Source: an uncultured delta proteobacterium
Lineage (GTDB): Bacteria; Desulfobacterota; BSN033; UBA1163
Length of the DNA: 64,000 nt
Direction of reading: 5' to 3'
Assembly: GCA_963827685.1 (NCBI GenBank)
Contig: CAWHBU010000002.1
Location: 1,215,912 to 1,279,911 of the forward strand
The notes below the pieces were generated by a model. That model did not search any database. It saw nothing but the letters and a program-made list of their open reading frames with translations, and was not told the origin of the DNA. Numbering within the stretch: position 1 is the first letter of the stretch; the number at the start of each line of letters is the position of its first letter. The translations under genes were made by a program, and so were the position numbers. Shown piece by piece: positions 1 to 9,309 of the stretch.

Positions 1-262
<262 letters not shown>

Positions 263-360
263 TCAAAACTTAACTACATTATATAACTTTTTCTCGCCCG
301 TTGCGTCAATATTTTTTGGCGGCATTTAGGGACTTCACAAAAGGGGGATGACCTGGTATA

Positions 361-1368
361 TTGGATTTGACCAGAGCAGATAAAATGGAAAAGAAATCCC
401 AGGTGACACGGGACAGAAACATCTTAGAAATCGTGAGAGGGCTTCTCCTCTCGGAGGTTGTTTTCCGGGAAATCTTTGAAAAACACAGAGAGGGTCGTCT
501 CCGTTTCTCAGATATCGGCCTTTGGGTGGATGACAAAGGTCAGAGCCTCCTCTACAACTTAAAGGAACAGTCCCACTCCCTCTTTCGATATAAAGGGAAA
601 AAGCCGATCCACAAAAATGAGTGGCTTCTCGACTTAGTGATTGGGTCTATTTTCCATGAAGCCATGAAGTTGAGAGAGAACCTTTACCAGATGGAAGTCT
701 ATCGACCCAAGTACCTTCAATACAAATCGAAGTCCGGGAAATCCGACTATGAGAAAGACTACATCCAACTCTTTGAACGAATTATTCTAAAGGCAGAACA
801 AGGAGTAGCAGAAGGGATGGAGGAGACGCGATCTCTTTCTAAAGATGCGATGGCACAACTCATCGATCTTTTCAAAGAGAGCTCGAAGAATGCCCTTTTG
901 GTCCGTTTCCTCTTGGAGAATTTAACTCTCCTTCAAGAGGTTTATGGTTCCAAAAAGGCCAAAGAGATTTTCGATTTGATGTTCGAAAAGGGATTTTTAG
1001 ATGCTTACCAGTCCGCCGGTCAAAGCTATCTCCAGAGCGAACATTACGACATCTCCGCAGACTATTTCTTAAAAGCTTCTAAATTGGACCCTCATAACCA
1101 TGACCTCCAGTTCCTGCTAAACTTCAGCCTCGGGATGAATGAGTATTACAAGAATGCCTATTCAAAGTCCTTGTTCTATTTTTCCAAGTTGATTTCCCTA
1201 AAATTCAATGGAAAATTGATAAAGGAGTATCTCAAGAAGGTCGAAGAGGTCTGTAAAAAGATCTTTCCCGAGTTGGAAGAAGAAAAGGGCCTTAAAGCTG
1301 CGAGAGAGGCAGGTTCCCTTGCTGATCGAATAAGAAAATGTTACGATGAAGTTGTAAGGAGTTCGTGA
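361..1368 (+). CDS. Hypothetical protein with C-terminal TPR-like repeats (probable start ATG 385)
   Basis: 335-aa ORF; C-terminal AYQSAGQSYLQSEHYDISADYFLKASKLDP is TPR-like. Confidence 0.7.
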   Translation: MDLTRADKMEKKSQVTRDRNILEIVRGLLLSEVVFREIFEKHREGRLRFSDIGLWVDDKGQSLLYNLKEQSHSLFRYKGKKPIHKNEWLLDLVIGSIFHEAMKLRENLYQMEVYRPKYLQYKSKSGKSDYEKDYIQLFERIILKAEQGVAEGMEETRSLSKDAMAQLIDLFKESSKNALLVRFLLENLTLLQEVYGSKKAKEIFDLMFEKGFLDAYQSAGQSYLQSEHYDISADYFLKASKLDPHNHDLQFLLNFSLGMNEYYKNAYSKSLFYFSKLISLKFNGKLIKEYLKKVEEVCKKIFPELEEEKGLKAAREAGSLADRIRKCYDEVVRSS

Positions 1369-1369
1369 G

Positions 1370-1591
1370 ATGCCTATTTACGAATATCAATGTCACCAAT
1401 GTCGAAACGAATTTGAAAAATTGGTATTGAATACTTCCGAAAAGATTGCCTGTCCTAAGTGTAAGAGCAGAAAAGTTCATCGGATGATGTCTGCCTTTGC
1501 CTTTTCCAGCGGTGGAAAGTTTAAAAGCACCGCCAGTTCCTCCTGTGGAACCTGCTCAGCCACCAGCTGCTCCACCTGCGGCTCCAAATAA
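1370..1591 (+). CDS. FmdB-family zinc-ribbon protein
   Basis: MPIYEYQCHQC...CPKC motif with Cys/Ser-rich tail; AGGAG RBS. Confidence 0.9.
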   Translation: MPIYEYQCHQCRNEFEKLVLNTSEKIACPKCKSRKVHRMMSAFAFSSGGKFKSTASSSCGTCSATSCSTCGSK

Positions 1592-1757
1592 AGGGTTCTA
1601 TCATTCAAGGGTCCAAGGGTCCGAGTTTTCTGCAATTTATCATACCCATTCATAAAATGTCTTTTAGAGCTTTTTACATTCTTTTTAAGACCCTCCTTTT
1701 TTCTTTCTTCTTCAACATGCGCATTTCTTAATCTTTCTTGACCCCTTGAACCCTGAA
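1592..1757. repeat. Inverted pair of degenerate 8-nt tandem repeat tracts
   Basis: TTCAAGGG-TCCAAGGG-TCCGAG (about 1604-1625) versus CTTGACCC-CTTGAACC-CTGAA (about 1737-1757). Confidence 0.6.
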
Positions 1758-2681
1758 TTAGAGATTAGTCAGGTGTCTTCTCATCTCCATCTCTTCCCTC
1801 ACCGAATCATTTTCTTTGAGCCCTCTTAAAGCCTCGTCAATCATTTCCATCATTCTTTCCTTGTCCTCAGGAAGTTTCCCATCGAGGGGGAGAAGATTGG
1901 AGATATGATCGCTTACGAATTGAGAAGTCACCTGAAGCTTTTCCAAAAGCAGCTTTGTCTCCACTAATATCGTTTCTGGTAAAGCCGGCTGGAAACGACC
2001 CTCCATCATGGCCTCATAGAGCGGAGAGTTGGGTTGGGGGATGCATGTGCGAACACGGATGAAATGAGGATCGATTTGATTCAATACCTCTGCGGTCCCC
2101 CTGGCATGTTGTTCCCATTTTTCTTCACCTCCAATCCCTAACAAAACATACAAAGAATATTCAAACCCAGCTTCTTTCGCTTTTCTCCCTGCCTCGACCA
2201 TCTCTTCTGGAGTTGCCCCTTTTTCAATCTCCTTGAGGAGTTCACGATCGCCCGTCTCAAGCCCTACATGGAGTCTGGTTAAACCCGCTTGACGGATTTT
2301 TATCAAATCTTCTGAAGGTTTCTTAGCAATCGTTTTAGATCGTGCATAACTGGTTACCCTTTCGATATGGGGAAAGAAGGAGAACAAGGTGTTCAAAATT
2401 TTGACCAACATTACGGTTTTCGCCACAAGACTATTAGAATCTCCAATAAAAATCGTCCTGACCCTATCTCCGTAAAGATCTCGTGCTAATTCGATATCCC
2501 CCAGAATCTCTTCAAGGTCCCTGATTTCGAATTTCATCCCTTTATACATTGAACAGAAGGTACATCGGTTCCAGGGGCATCCTCGGGTAATTCTAAGAAG
2601 AAGGCTGCTTGCCTCGCTGGGGGGCCTGAAGGGTGGAAAATCATAATCTCTTCTTCTCAATCCAAATCTGCCGATCGTCAT
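1758..2681 (-). CDS. Radical SAM protein of unknown function
   Basis: CPWNRCTFC (CxxxCxxC) motif, FRPPSEA N-terminus, GLETG motif. Confidence 0.9.
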   Translation of the reverse strand: MTIGRFGLRRRDYDFPPFRPPSEASSLLLRITRGCPWNRCTFCSMYKGMKFEIRDLEEILGDIELARDLYGDRVRTIFIGDSNSLVAKTVMLVKILNTLFSFFPHIERVTSYARSKTIAKKPSEDLIKIRQAGLTRLHVGLETGDRELLKEIEKGATPEEMVEAGRKAKEAGFEYSLYVLLGIGGEEKWEQHARGTAEVLNQIDPHFIRVRTCIPQPNSPLYEAMMEGRFQPALPETILVETKLLLEKLQVTSQFVSDHISNLLPLDGKLPEDKERMMEMIDEALRGLKENDSVREEMEMRRHLTNL

Positions 2682-2692
2682 GATTTACCTCA

Positions 2693-2742
2693 ATTCCCAA
2701 TTCCCCCAACCCCCCTTTAGTAAAGGGGGGGAGAGGGGGGTT
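2693..2742. repeat. C-rich/G-rich palindromic (REP-like) hairpin
   Basis: CCCCCTTT-AGT-AAAGGGGG core; similar elements at about 7381-7432 and 9657-9706. Confidence 0.55.
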
Positions 2743-3496
2743 AAAATATCATCGAGACAGGAATTCCCTTCTTCTCAAAACGCTCTTTCAACTCCGTTCC
2801 AACCAGATGAAAATAATCCTCTTCCAAATACTGATCCAGCTTGGCTTTGCGATAAATCGCCTTCACCTTGTTCGGGTAATTCATTCGATCGATAAGCACC
2901 TCGTCAATCAACCCATCCAGCATCGCTACCAGCGGTTTCGGATCTAAAGGAAGCATCGGGCCGATGAAAGCATAGGTCCGAATCTTTTCTTGACGAAGGG
3001 CTCTCAGGGCTTCAACTCGAGACAGAACAGAAGGGGAACAGGGTTCAAAGATCTTCTTGATCCCCTCATCATGAGTTGTAACGGAGAAGCCTACTTCAAT
3101 TCTCTTGAACTGTTTAAACAGATCAATGTCTCTCAGACAAAGAGGTGACCGGGTCAACAAATTTACTGAAAGTTGAGCATCCAGAAGAGCTTCCAAACAT
3201 TTTCGAGTCAGTTGATATTTTTTCTCGATAGGCTGATAGGGGTCGGTCACCGTACTGAGGGCCACGACCCCTTGCTTCGCCCTCTTTAACTGCTTTATCA
3301 GCAGGGGAGGGGCATTCACCTTAACATCGATGAACTCCCCCCATGGCTCCAGATGACCGGTAAAACGCTTCATGAAACTGGCATAACAGTACCGGCAACC
3401 ATGCCCGCACCCGACATAGGGGTTGATACAGTAATCAAAACCAGAAATGGCTGTCTTGGTCAGAATGGTCTTGGCAAAGATCTCTTTGACTTTCAT
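2741..3496 (-). CDS. Spore photoproduct lyase-like radical SAM protein
   Basis: INPYVGCGHGCRYCYA and STVTDPYQPIEKKY motifs. Confidence 0.88.
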   Translation of the reverse strand: MKVKEIFAKTILTKTAISGFDYCINPYVGCGHGCRYCYASFMKRFTGHLEPWGEFIDVKVNAPPLLIKQLKRAKQGVVALSTVTDPYQPIEKKYQLTRKCLEALLDAQLSVNLLTRSPLCLRDIDLFKQFKRIEVGFSVTTHDEGIKKIFEPCSPSVLSRVEALRALRQEKIRTYAFIGPMLPLDPKPLVAMLDGLIDEVLIDRMNYPNKVKAIYRKAKLDQYLEEDYFHLVGTELKERFEKKGIPVSMIF

Positions 3497-3531
3497 TAAT
3501 CATATTATAACGGAGAGGCGAGAAAATCGAA

Positions 3532-3735
3532 AGTTCTTAAAATTCTTGAGTTCAAGGGTTCTAGTGAAATGATTGAAATCACAATAAAATAAAAGTCCCG
3601 TTAGGGAAAAAACATTGAAGATTAGGAATTTGATAAGGTTTAAAAAGTATAGGGGAAATTGGAAGAATATTTATAACCTAGAACCCTTCACCCCTGCCTA
3701 CCGGCAGGCAGGCTGGGCTCCTCGAACCCTTTTGT
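3532..3735. repeat. Inverted 8-nt tandem repeat bracket with a nested CCTGCC...GGCAGG palindrome
   Basis: TTCTTGAG-TTCAAGGG-TTCTAGTG on the left; CTAGAACC-CTTCACCC...CTCGAACC on the right, interrupted by CCTGCCTACCGGCAGGCAGG (3693-3712). Confidence 0.6.
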
Positions 3736-3738
3736 GTT

Positions 3739-4497
3739 TTATTGAACAGGTAGGTTAAATAAAGGCGAGTGAGAATTAGAAGTCCCTTTTAAAGGAAAGG
3801 TCCCATTAGATTGAGAATAGACCTGCTGAAAGAAACCAAAAATATCTATCTCTCCTCCTTTTGCTTTCTGCCAGAGATCATAAAGGTGATGAGTGGTAAT
3901 CAAAGTCATATTGTGCCGGCTTAAGAAATGGCTCAACTCTTTGGAGATATGACTCACCTGGCCTCTTTCAGAAAGTGGGAGGCGGATATGGGTGCTCGCA
4001 ATAATCAAGGATTTCTCGTTCTCTCTTTTTTCTTTCTCAAACTGCAAAGCCCGGTTGATCTTGGGATGGTTTCCTTCGACCTCCCCTTCACTCATCAAAA
4101 TCTGTACTCCGAAAGCCATGTGGGTCTCGGGAATTTTAACAATGCGATCCACCGATTGGTAGTTGACACCGGTTGATATCTTGAACCCCAGATCCTTGAA
4201 GATGGAATGAACGGTATCCATTAATAACAATTCACTTTTTGGCCAGAGCAGCGATTCAATAATAGAAAAATCCTGATCTCTGATCGCTGTCGATTCCTTC
4301 TTCGTGGCCTTGTCGATTTCTGACTTCAAAAAACTCTTCCGCGCCGTCTTTTTCTCGGAGCTTCTTTTTTCAATTCTGCTTACTACAAGCATCGCAATCA
4401 GGCAACCCAAAGGGATGAAGAGCTTCAGCTCTTCGGAGAATTTGAGAGCGCTAAAGATCGCAAGAACTGCAAGCAAAAGCTGTAGTATCCCTAACAT
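3739..4497 (-). CDS. Membrane-anchored hypothetical protein, possibly a degenerate Mrr-like restriction endonuclease fold
   Basis: Two N-terminal hydrophobic helices; IFKDLGFKIS...VDRIV...FGVQIL resembles the Mrr-type D...QxK core. Confidence 0.6.
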   Translation of the reverse strand: MLGILQLLLAVLAIFSALKFSEELKLFIPLGCLIAMLVVSRIEKRSSEKKTARKSFLKSEIDKATKKESTAIRDQDFSIIESLLWPKSELLLMDTVHSIFKDLGFKISTGVNYQSVDRIVKIPETHMAFGVQILMSEGEVEGNHPKINRALQFEKEKRENEKSLIIASTHIRLPLSERGQVSHISKELSHFLSRHNMTLITTHHLYDLWQKAKGGEIDIFGFFQQVYSQSNGTFPLKGTSNSHSPLFNLPVQ

Positions 4498-4558
4498 CTG
4501 TTCCCCATCACTTTAAAAATTAAATAAAAACAATAAGTTAAACCACATTTATACTCTG

Positions 4559-4575
4559 AGCAATTTCTATACCAA
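4559..4575 (-). promoter_or_regulatory. Sigma54 -24/-12 promoter for the 3739-4497 gene
   Basis: Minus strand TTGGTATAGAAATTGCT = GG-N10-GC consensus, about 60 nt upstream of the ATG; TGAC-containing candidate activator sites at about 4650-4710. Confidence 0.7.
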
Positions 4576-4747
4576 ATTTGAAAACGTTAAAAACTGCTTA
4601 TGATTTCAGCTGATTAGCTAAATATCACTTTAGCGAAGACTCTGTTCAAATATGACAATATTTCATGATTTGAACGAAAAGTGACATATTCTGACACAAA
4701 AAGGCACAATTTTTTGGAAAATAAGGGGTGCAATTTAAGGTCTGCGG

Positions 4748-5740
4748 TTAATGGGATGACGGCGCAAAAAGATATTCAACCGTTCGATTCAACATCCTCG
4801 CTCCCTTCACTTCTGTTTCGAATAGAGGGACGATCGCTCTTACCTTGTCCCCGAATATCTTCCAAATCTCTGCCATATGTTCGTCCTGCATCTGAATTCG
4901 GTTGAGGACAAACTCCACAGTATCTTTTCCGACCTGATCCTTTTGAATGACTCCGTTGACCACCACACCACCAACAGGAATTCCGAATTCATGGAACCAG
5001 TTAATGAAGCGGGTGATGACAGCAATGGGAAGGCTCTCGGGGAGTGTCACGAAAAAGAAAGCCGTGAGGGCTTCATCGGTCAGGAGGTTTTTCGCACTGC
5101 CCATTCTATCCTTGAAACTTAAGAGGTAATCCAGGAGAGGGTCCTTTTTCTCTTTTTTCGAGAAAGAGAGGATTTCCCTTAACGACTTTGCTTCCTCTCG
5201 GCTCTTCAGCATCTTCTCCACCCAAAGGGAGTAGACCTTCGACATTCCGAGAAGGCGTCTCGCATTCGCTGTGGGGGCAGTATCGAAGACGTAAAAATCA
5301 TATTCATCCTTGAACATGAGATCCACCATATTTTCAAACATAGCCGATTCTTCGAAGGCAGGATTCATCGTCGCCGATTCGATGAAATCTTCTGCTTTGG
5401 TCGTGATATCTGCAAATTTGAGAAACCAGTTGATCTTCTCTCGGATTTCTCGTTTGGACCGTTCGATCGTATCCCGTGTATCGATCTCGAAGGCATAGCA
5501 TTTTTCTTCGTCGCAGACGATGGCTGCTCTTCCAAAGACATCTTTTTCTAATAAGTTAGAAAGGCTATGGACGGGATTGGTCGATGCCAGTAAAGTCCTC
5601 TTCCCCTGTTTGGCCGACCAGAGAGCTGCTGCCCCTGCCATGACGGTCTTTCCAACACCTCCTTTCCCCCCGAAAAAGATATATTTCAAACGAGGGTGAT
5701 CTTTTAAGAATTTTCCCATACTGATCGTAATTTGGTCCAT
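4748..5740 (-). CDS. ArsA/Get3-family ATPase (single domain, switch-I Asp replaced by Asn)
   Basis: GGKGGVGKTV P-loop, STNPVHSL, DTAPTANA. Confidence 0.9.
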   Translation of the reverse strand: MDQITISMGKFLKDHPRLKYIFFGGKGGVGKTVMAGAAALWSAKQGKRTLLASTNPVHSLSNLLEKDVFGRAAIVCDEEKCYAFEIDTRDTIERSKREIREKINWFLKFADITTKAEDFIESATMNPAFEESAMFENMVDLMFKDEYDFYVFDTAPTANARRLLGMSKVYSLWVEKMLKSREEAKSLREILSFSKKEKKDPLLDYLLSFKDRMGSAKNLLTDEALTAFFFVTLPESLPIAVITRFINWFHEFGIPVGGVVVNGVIQKDQVGKDTVEFVLNRIQMQDEHMAEIWKIFGDKVRAIVPLFETEVKGARMLNRTVEYLFAPSSH

Positions 5741-5747
5741 TTTTAAA

Positions 5748-5797
5748 CTCCCGCCTATTGCTTTTTTCTGCTTACTGCTTTCTGCCTACTGCTTACT
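5748..5797. repeat. Degenerate 7-nt tandem repeat (CTGCTTA-like)
   Basis: CTGCTTA CTGCTTT CTGCCTA CTGCTTA between the two ATPase genes. Confidence 0.65.
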
Positions 5798-5799
5798 AA

Positions 5800-6786
5800 T
5801 TAAAAATTCCCAAACATCGCCTTGGCCATTTTTCCAATCATTGGAAGGCCGGTTACATCTCGTTCCATCTCAGGCACAGATGCTAAAATCTGTTTATCAA
5901 AAGTGGTGTCAATCACCTTCAGGTAATGTTCCTCCATCGTGAGACGATTTTTTAAATATTCGGGAATATTTTGGTCCCTCAATCCAAGAGGCAAAACCCG
6001 ATTAATGATATATCCACTTAAAGGAACGTCAAACTTAGCAAAAAGTTCTGCCGCCTTTAAGGTGTCCTTAATGATCATCTCCTCAGCGGTCAAAACAAAA
6101 AAGAAGGCTGTCTTTTCCTTATCGGTCAGGATCCTTGAGGATTTGTTGATGCGTTCTTTGATATAAAGAAGTTCTTTCAAGATGGCGTCTTCATCCAATT
6201 CTTTTTCTCGCTGCATCACAGCTGCCACCTGATCATACTCCCTCATCTGTTCTCGGAGAGCAGTGATCTTACTGATCCACGCATCATAGACAGACGCCAT
6301 ACTTAGGTAGTAAAGGGCATGACCTAACGGCACCAAATCGTAAATGTAGTAGTCGTAGCCTCCTTTGACGACAATATCCACCACCTCATCAAAAATGGCG
6401 CTTTCCTCCATCGCGGGCTCTGCCGCAGCAGCCTGAATATAGCTCTCGATCTCTTCTGGAATCTTATTCATTCCATACATATCGAAGATCTTCTGCCTAA
6501 TCTCCTGCTGATATTCCTTCACACGACGGTCGGCGTCAATCTCTTGTGCATAGAGGTTGGGAATGATCTCTATTGGCCCCTTGCCAAAGATATCCCTTTC
6601 GAAGATATCGGTTAACGAGGCCTGCGGATCAACAGAGAAAACCAAAACCTTTTTCCCTTTTTTGGCCAAATAATAGGCCGTAGCAGCGGAGAAAGTAGTC
6701 TTTCCCAAACCTCCCTTTCCGCCAAACATGATGTACCGCCGATCCGGATACTTTTCAAATATATCTGCTAATGGAATGTCAATCAC
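5800..6786 (-). CDS. ArsA/Get3-family ATPase (single domain)
   Basis: GGKGGLGKTT P-loop, SVDPQASL, AQEID, DLVPLGH. Confidence 0.9.
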   Translation of the reverse strand: MIDIPLADIFEKYPDRRYIMFGGKGGLGKTTFSAATAYYLAKKGKKVLVFSVDPQASLTDIFERDIFGKGPIEIIPNLYAQEIDADRRVKEYQQEIRQKIFDMYGMNKIPEEIESYIQAAAAEPAMEESAIFDEVVDIVVKGGYDYYIYDLVPLGHALYYLSMASVYDAWISKITALREQMREYDQVAAVMQREKELDEDAILKELLYIKERINKSSRILTDKEKTAFFFVLTAEEMIIKDTLKAAELFAKFDVPLSGYIINRVLPLGLRDQNIPEYLKNRLTMEEHYLKVIDTTFDKQILASVPEMERDVTGLPMIGKMAKAMFGNF

Positions 6787-6794
6787 CCCTTTCT

Positions 6795-6901
6795 CGGTTA
6801 TCGGGTTACTTGGGTTATTGGGTCTTTTGGGTTTCTTGTGTTTAATGATTTCATAACTCTAAAAACCCTATGAACTCAATAAACCCGATGGACCCAATAA
6901 A
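6795..6901. repeat. Inverted degenerate 9-nt tandem repeats
   Basis: GGGTTACTT-GGGTTATTG-GGTCTTTTG-GGTTTCTTG facing AACTCTAAA-AACCCTATG-AACTCAATA-AACCCGATG-GACCCAATA. Confidence 0.65.
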
Positions 6902-6915
6902 TGTTCGTTGGCCTT

Positions 6916-7191
6916 TCAGGCCAAGCCATCCGTAAAATCTTTTTCCCTCAGCATTCTCCGCTTCCAGGTAGAAATCTGGGGAACTACATAAGGCAATAAT
7001 CTTAATGAATAGTAAGGGGGTAGAATCGGCACACCCAGCATGTCTCCCATGGTGATGAGGATGAAGAGGTGCTCCATGCTCGCCCTCGTCTTCAAGGCAA
7101 ATCGGTACGAGTCGTGAGCTGCCATCCCATAGACGAACTCTTTAACCGCTTGGAAAAATCCTGCTTTTTTCTTTTTCTGCTCTTCCGTCAT
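6916..7191 (-). CDS. Small CstA/ArsA-associated protein (resembles the cory-CC-star family)
   Basis: EHLFILITMGDMLGVPILPPYYSLRLLPY motif; lies between cstA and the ATPases; GGGAGG RBS before ATG 7191. Confidence 0.75.
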   Translation of the reverse strand: MTEEQKKKKAGFFQAVKEFVYGMAAHDSYRFALKTRASMEHLFILITMGDMLGVPILPPYYSLRLLPYVVPQISTWKRRMLREKDFTDGLA

Positions 7192-7508
7192 AAAAAAGCA
7201 TCCTCCCAAAAATTATTTCACGTCACGCCGGAATACCTGCCTGCTAACAGGCAGGCATTACCGACGGACGATAATTGTTTCGCCCCCAGTAAATGGGGAC
7301 GCTGCATACTACGAAGCAATACTATAACACAAAAATTCTCGGTCTGCCTATCCCTTTGCGAGCAAACATCACTTCTATTAAAATTTCCCCTCCCTCCCTT
7401 TAATATCTACTAAAGGGGAAAAGGGGGGATTATTCGCTTTCACCGCTTCGAGCCTTTAACTTTACCTGCCCGTCGGGCCTTCACGCAACCGGGAACTTCG
7501 AACTTCTC

Positions 7509-9194
7509 TTATGCCTTTGCAGGCGCTCCTTCTGCTCGTATAACTTTGTAACGGCTAAAGGCCTTCAGTCCTTCCACCGCCAGAATGATCGCGGCGATGA
7601 CCAGGAAGATTGCAACCAAAATCATCAGTGTGTTCCCCACCAGGGCCTGTCCCTTAACCGCCCCTAAATAAACCTGTTTGGAAAGCCTCCAGGCGGTAAC
7701 CACCAGGGCAGCCGTGGTCGTGAAAAACATAAAAATCATCGGGTAAAAGGTCCATCCATAAGGTTTCCCCTGAGACATCAACCACGCTGTCATCAGCAAC
7801 AAGGCCAGGGAGGCCATCAATTGGTTGGCTCCTCCAAAAAGTATCCAGAGGTATTGCCACCATCCTGTCAAGATCAGGATCAGTGTCAGAAGGCTGGCAA
7901 TAATGGTCCCAATATGGACATTCTTAAAGATAGGGCTGATATCGCCCAACATTTCAGAAGTGGCCACTCTCATGAATCGAATCACAAGCTGCAGGATGGT
8001 AACTGCCAGGACGATTAACATAACGCCACCATAAGATCTCCCGACGGCAGCTGGAAGCCCCAATGCCCCTAAGAATTTCGACACTCCTGCTGAAAATACG
8101 CCAATAGGTCCTTTAGCAATGGCGGCCGTATATTCCGAAGACGAGGCGAAAATCGTTCCAGCAATGACCAGAGCGAACACGCCAAGCATCATCTCCACAA
8201 ACATTACACCGCCACCTACTGGACGGGCATCTGTTTCGTACTCTAATTGCCTGGCTGTACCTGAACTTGAAACAATACTGTGCCATCCGGATACTGCCCC
8301 GCAACCGATGGTTACAAACATGATGGGCCAAAGAGGCCCAATTCTGATATTAAAGCCTGTATAAGCGGGTAGTGTAAAATCAGGATGGAGCACAAATACT
8401 CCGATGATCCCAAATAAGAGACCCAAGAAAATAATGTAGGAAGTGACATAGTTAATGGGAAGGGCAAATCTCCAGATCGGCAAAACCGCTGCAAAGTAGC
8501 AGAAGACAAGCGCAGCGATCGCCCAAACAAGTCGACTATTGGCAATATCCGCTCCAAGGATACTGTCAGAGGGAGCAACCGATCCAAGCCATATCCCGAA
8601 CAACGAAATGGCGACTGTGATAACAGTGGTCAGAATAATATCCTTCTTCCAGCGATAGATCATCTGCCCAGCAAGAACTCCAGCGCCGGTGAAAAAAAGC
8701 CATGCCATGGGAGAACTTTTCGCCCCGATGGCTGCATCGACAACAATATTTCCAAAGGCGCCGGCGATGAGAAGCAGAAAGAAATAGATAAAGCAGAGTA
8801 GAACGATCCGAGCCCGCGGCGAGATCAATTTGTAGCTTAATCCGCCAAAGGAAGCTCCTTCATTTCGCATGGCCACCACGGCGCTCGAGTAGTCATGAAC
8901 CCATCCAATGAATAACGCACCAAGGCAGAGCCACAGCAAACAGGGGAGCCACCCCCATTGAATGGCAATGATTGGACCAACGACTGGTGCTGCGCCGGCA
9001 ATGGACTTGAATTGGTACCCGAACAGGATGTTCTTACTGGTGGGCATGAATTCCACCCCATCCATATACATCTTGGCCGGAGTGGCCCTCTTCGGGTCTG
9101 ACTTTACAATTTTCGTATCCACGTACTTTGCATAGAAGCGGTAACCGATAAAAAAGACGATAAACCCTATGATCATAACAACAACTGAATTCAT
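7509..9194 (-). CDS. cstA: Carbon starvation protein A family transporter
   Basis: TPAKMYMDGVEF, SIAGAAPVVGP, IGCGAVSGWHS and LFGGANQL motifs; many TM helices. Confidence 0.93.
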   Translation of the reverse strand: MNSVVVMIIGFIVFFIGYRFYAKYVDTKIVKSDPKRATPAKMYMDGVEFMPTSKNILFGYQFKSIAGAAPVVGPIIAIQWGWLPCLLWLCLGALFIGWVHDYSSAVVAMRNEGASFGGLSYKLISPRARIVLLCFIYFFLLLIAGAFGNIVVDAAIGAKSSPMAWLFFTGAGVLAGQMIYRWKKDIILTTVITVAISLFGIWLGSVAPSDSILGADIANSRLVWAIAALVFCYFAAVLPIWRFALPINYVTSYIIFLGLLFGIIGVFVLHPDFTLPAYTGFNIRIGPLWPIMFVTIGCGAVSGWHSIVSSSGTARQLEYETDARPVGGGVMFVEMMLGVFALVIAGTIFASSSEYTAAIAKGPIGVFSAGVSKFLGALGLPAAVGRSYGGVMLIVLAVTILQLVIRFMRVATSEMLGDISPIFKNVHIGTIIASLLTLILILTGWWQYLWILFGGANQLMASLALLLMTAWLMSQGKPYGWTFYPMIFMFFTTTAALVVTAWRLSKQVYLGAVKGQALVGNTLMILVAIFLVIAAIILAVEGLKAFSRYKVIRAEGAPAKA

Positions 9195-9309
9195 GATCTT
9201 ACCTCCTTGTGGTTATAAAACCACCCTTGAGATATTGATGAATTCCCCCTACCCATATTCCTTACTCATGCGCGACGCGTTCTCACCTCCTTTAATTCTG
9301 AATGACCTA

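Noticed and set aside
4748-6786. ArsA ATPases as arsenic-resistance genes
   Set aside because: Single-domain proteins with altered DTAPTGH motifs, no arsR/B/C/D or acr3 nearby, and operonic with cstA.
5748-6901. Short repeats as a CRISPR array
   Set aside because: Units are 7-9 nt with no unique spacers; no cas genes in the window.
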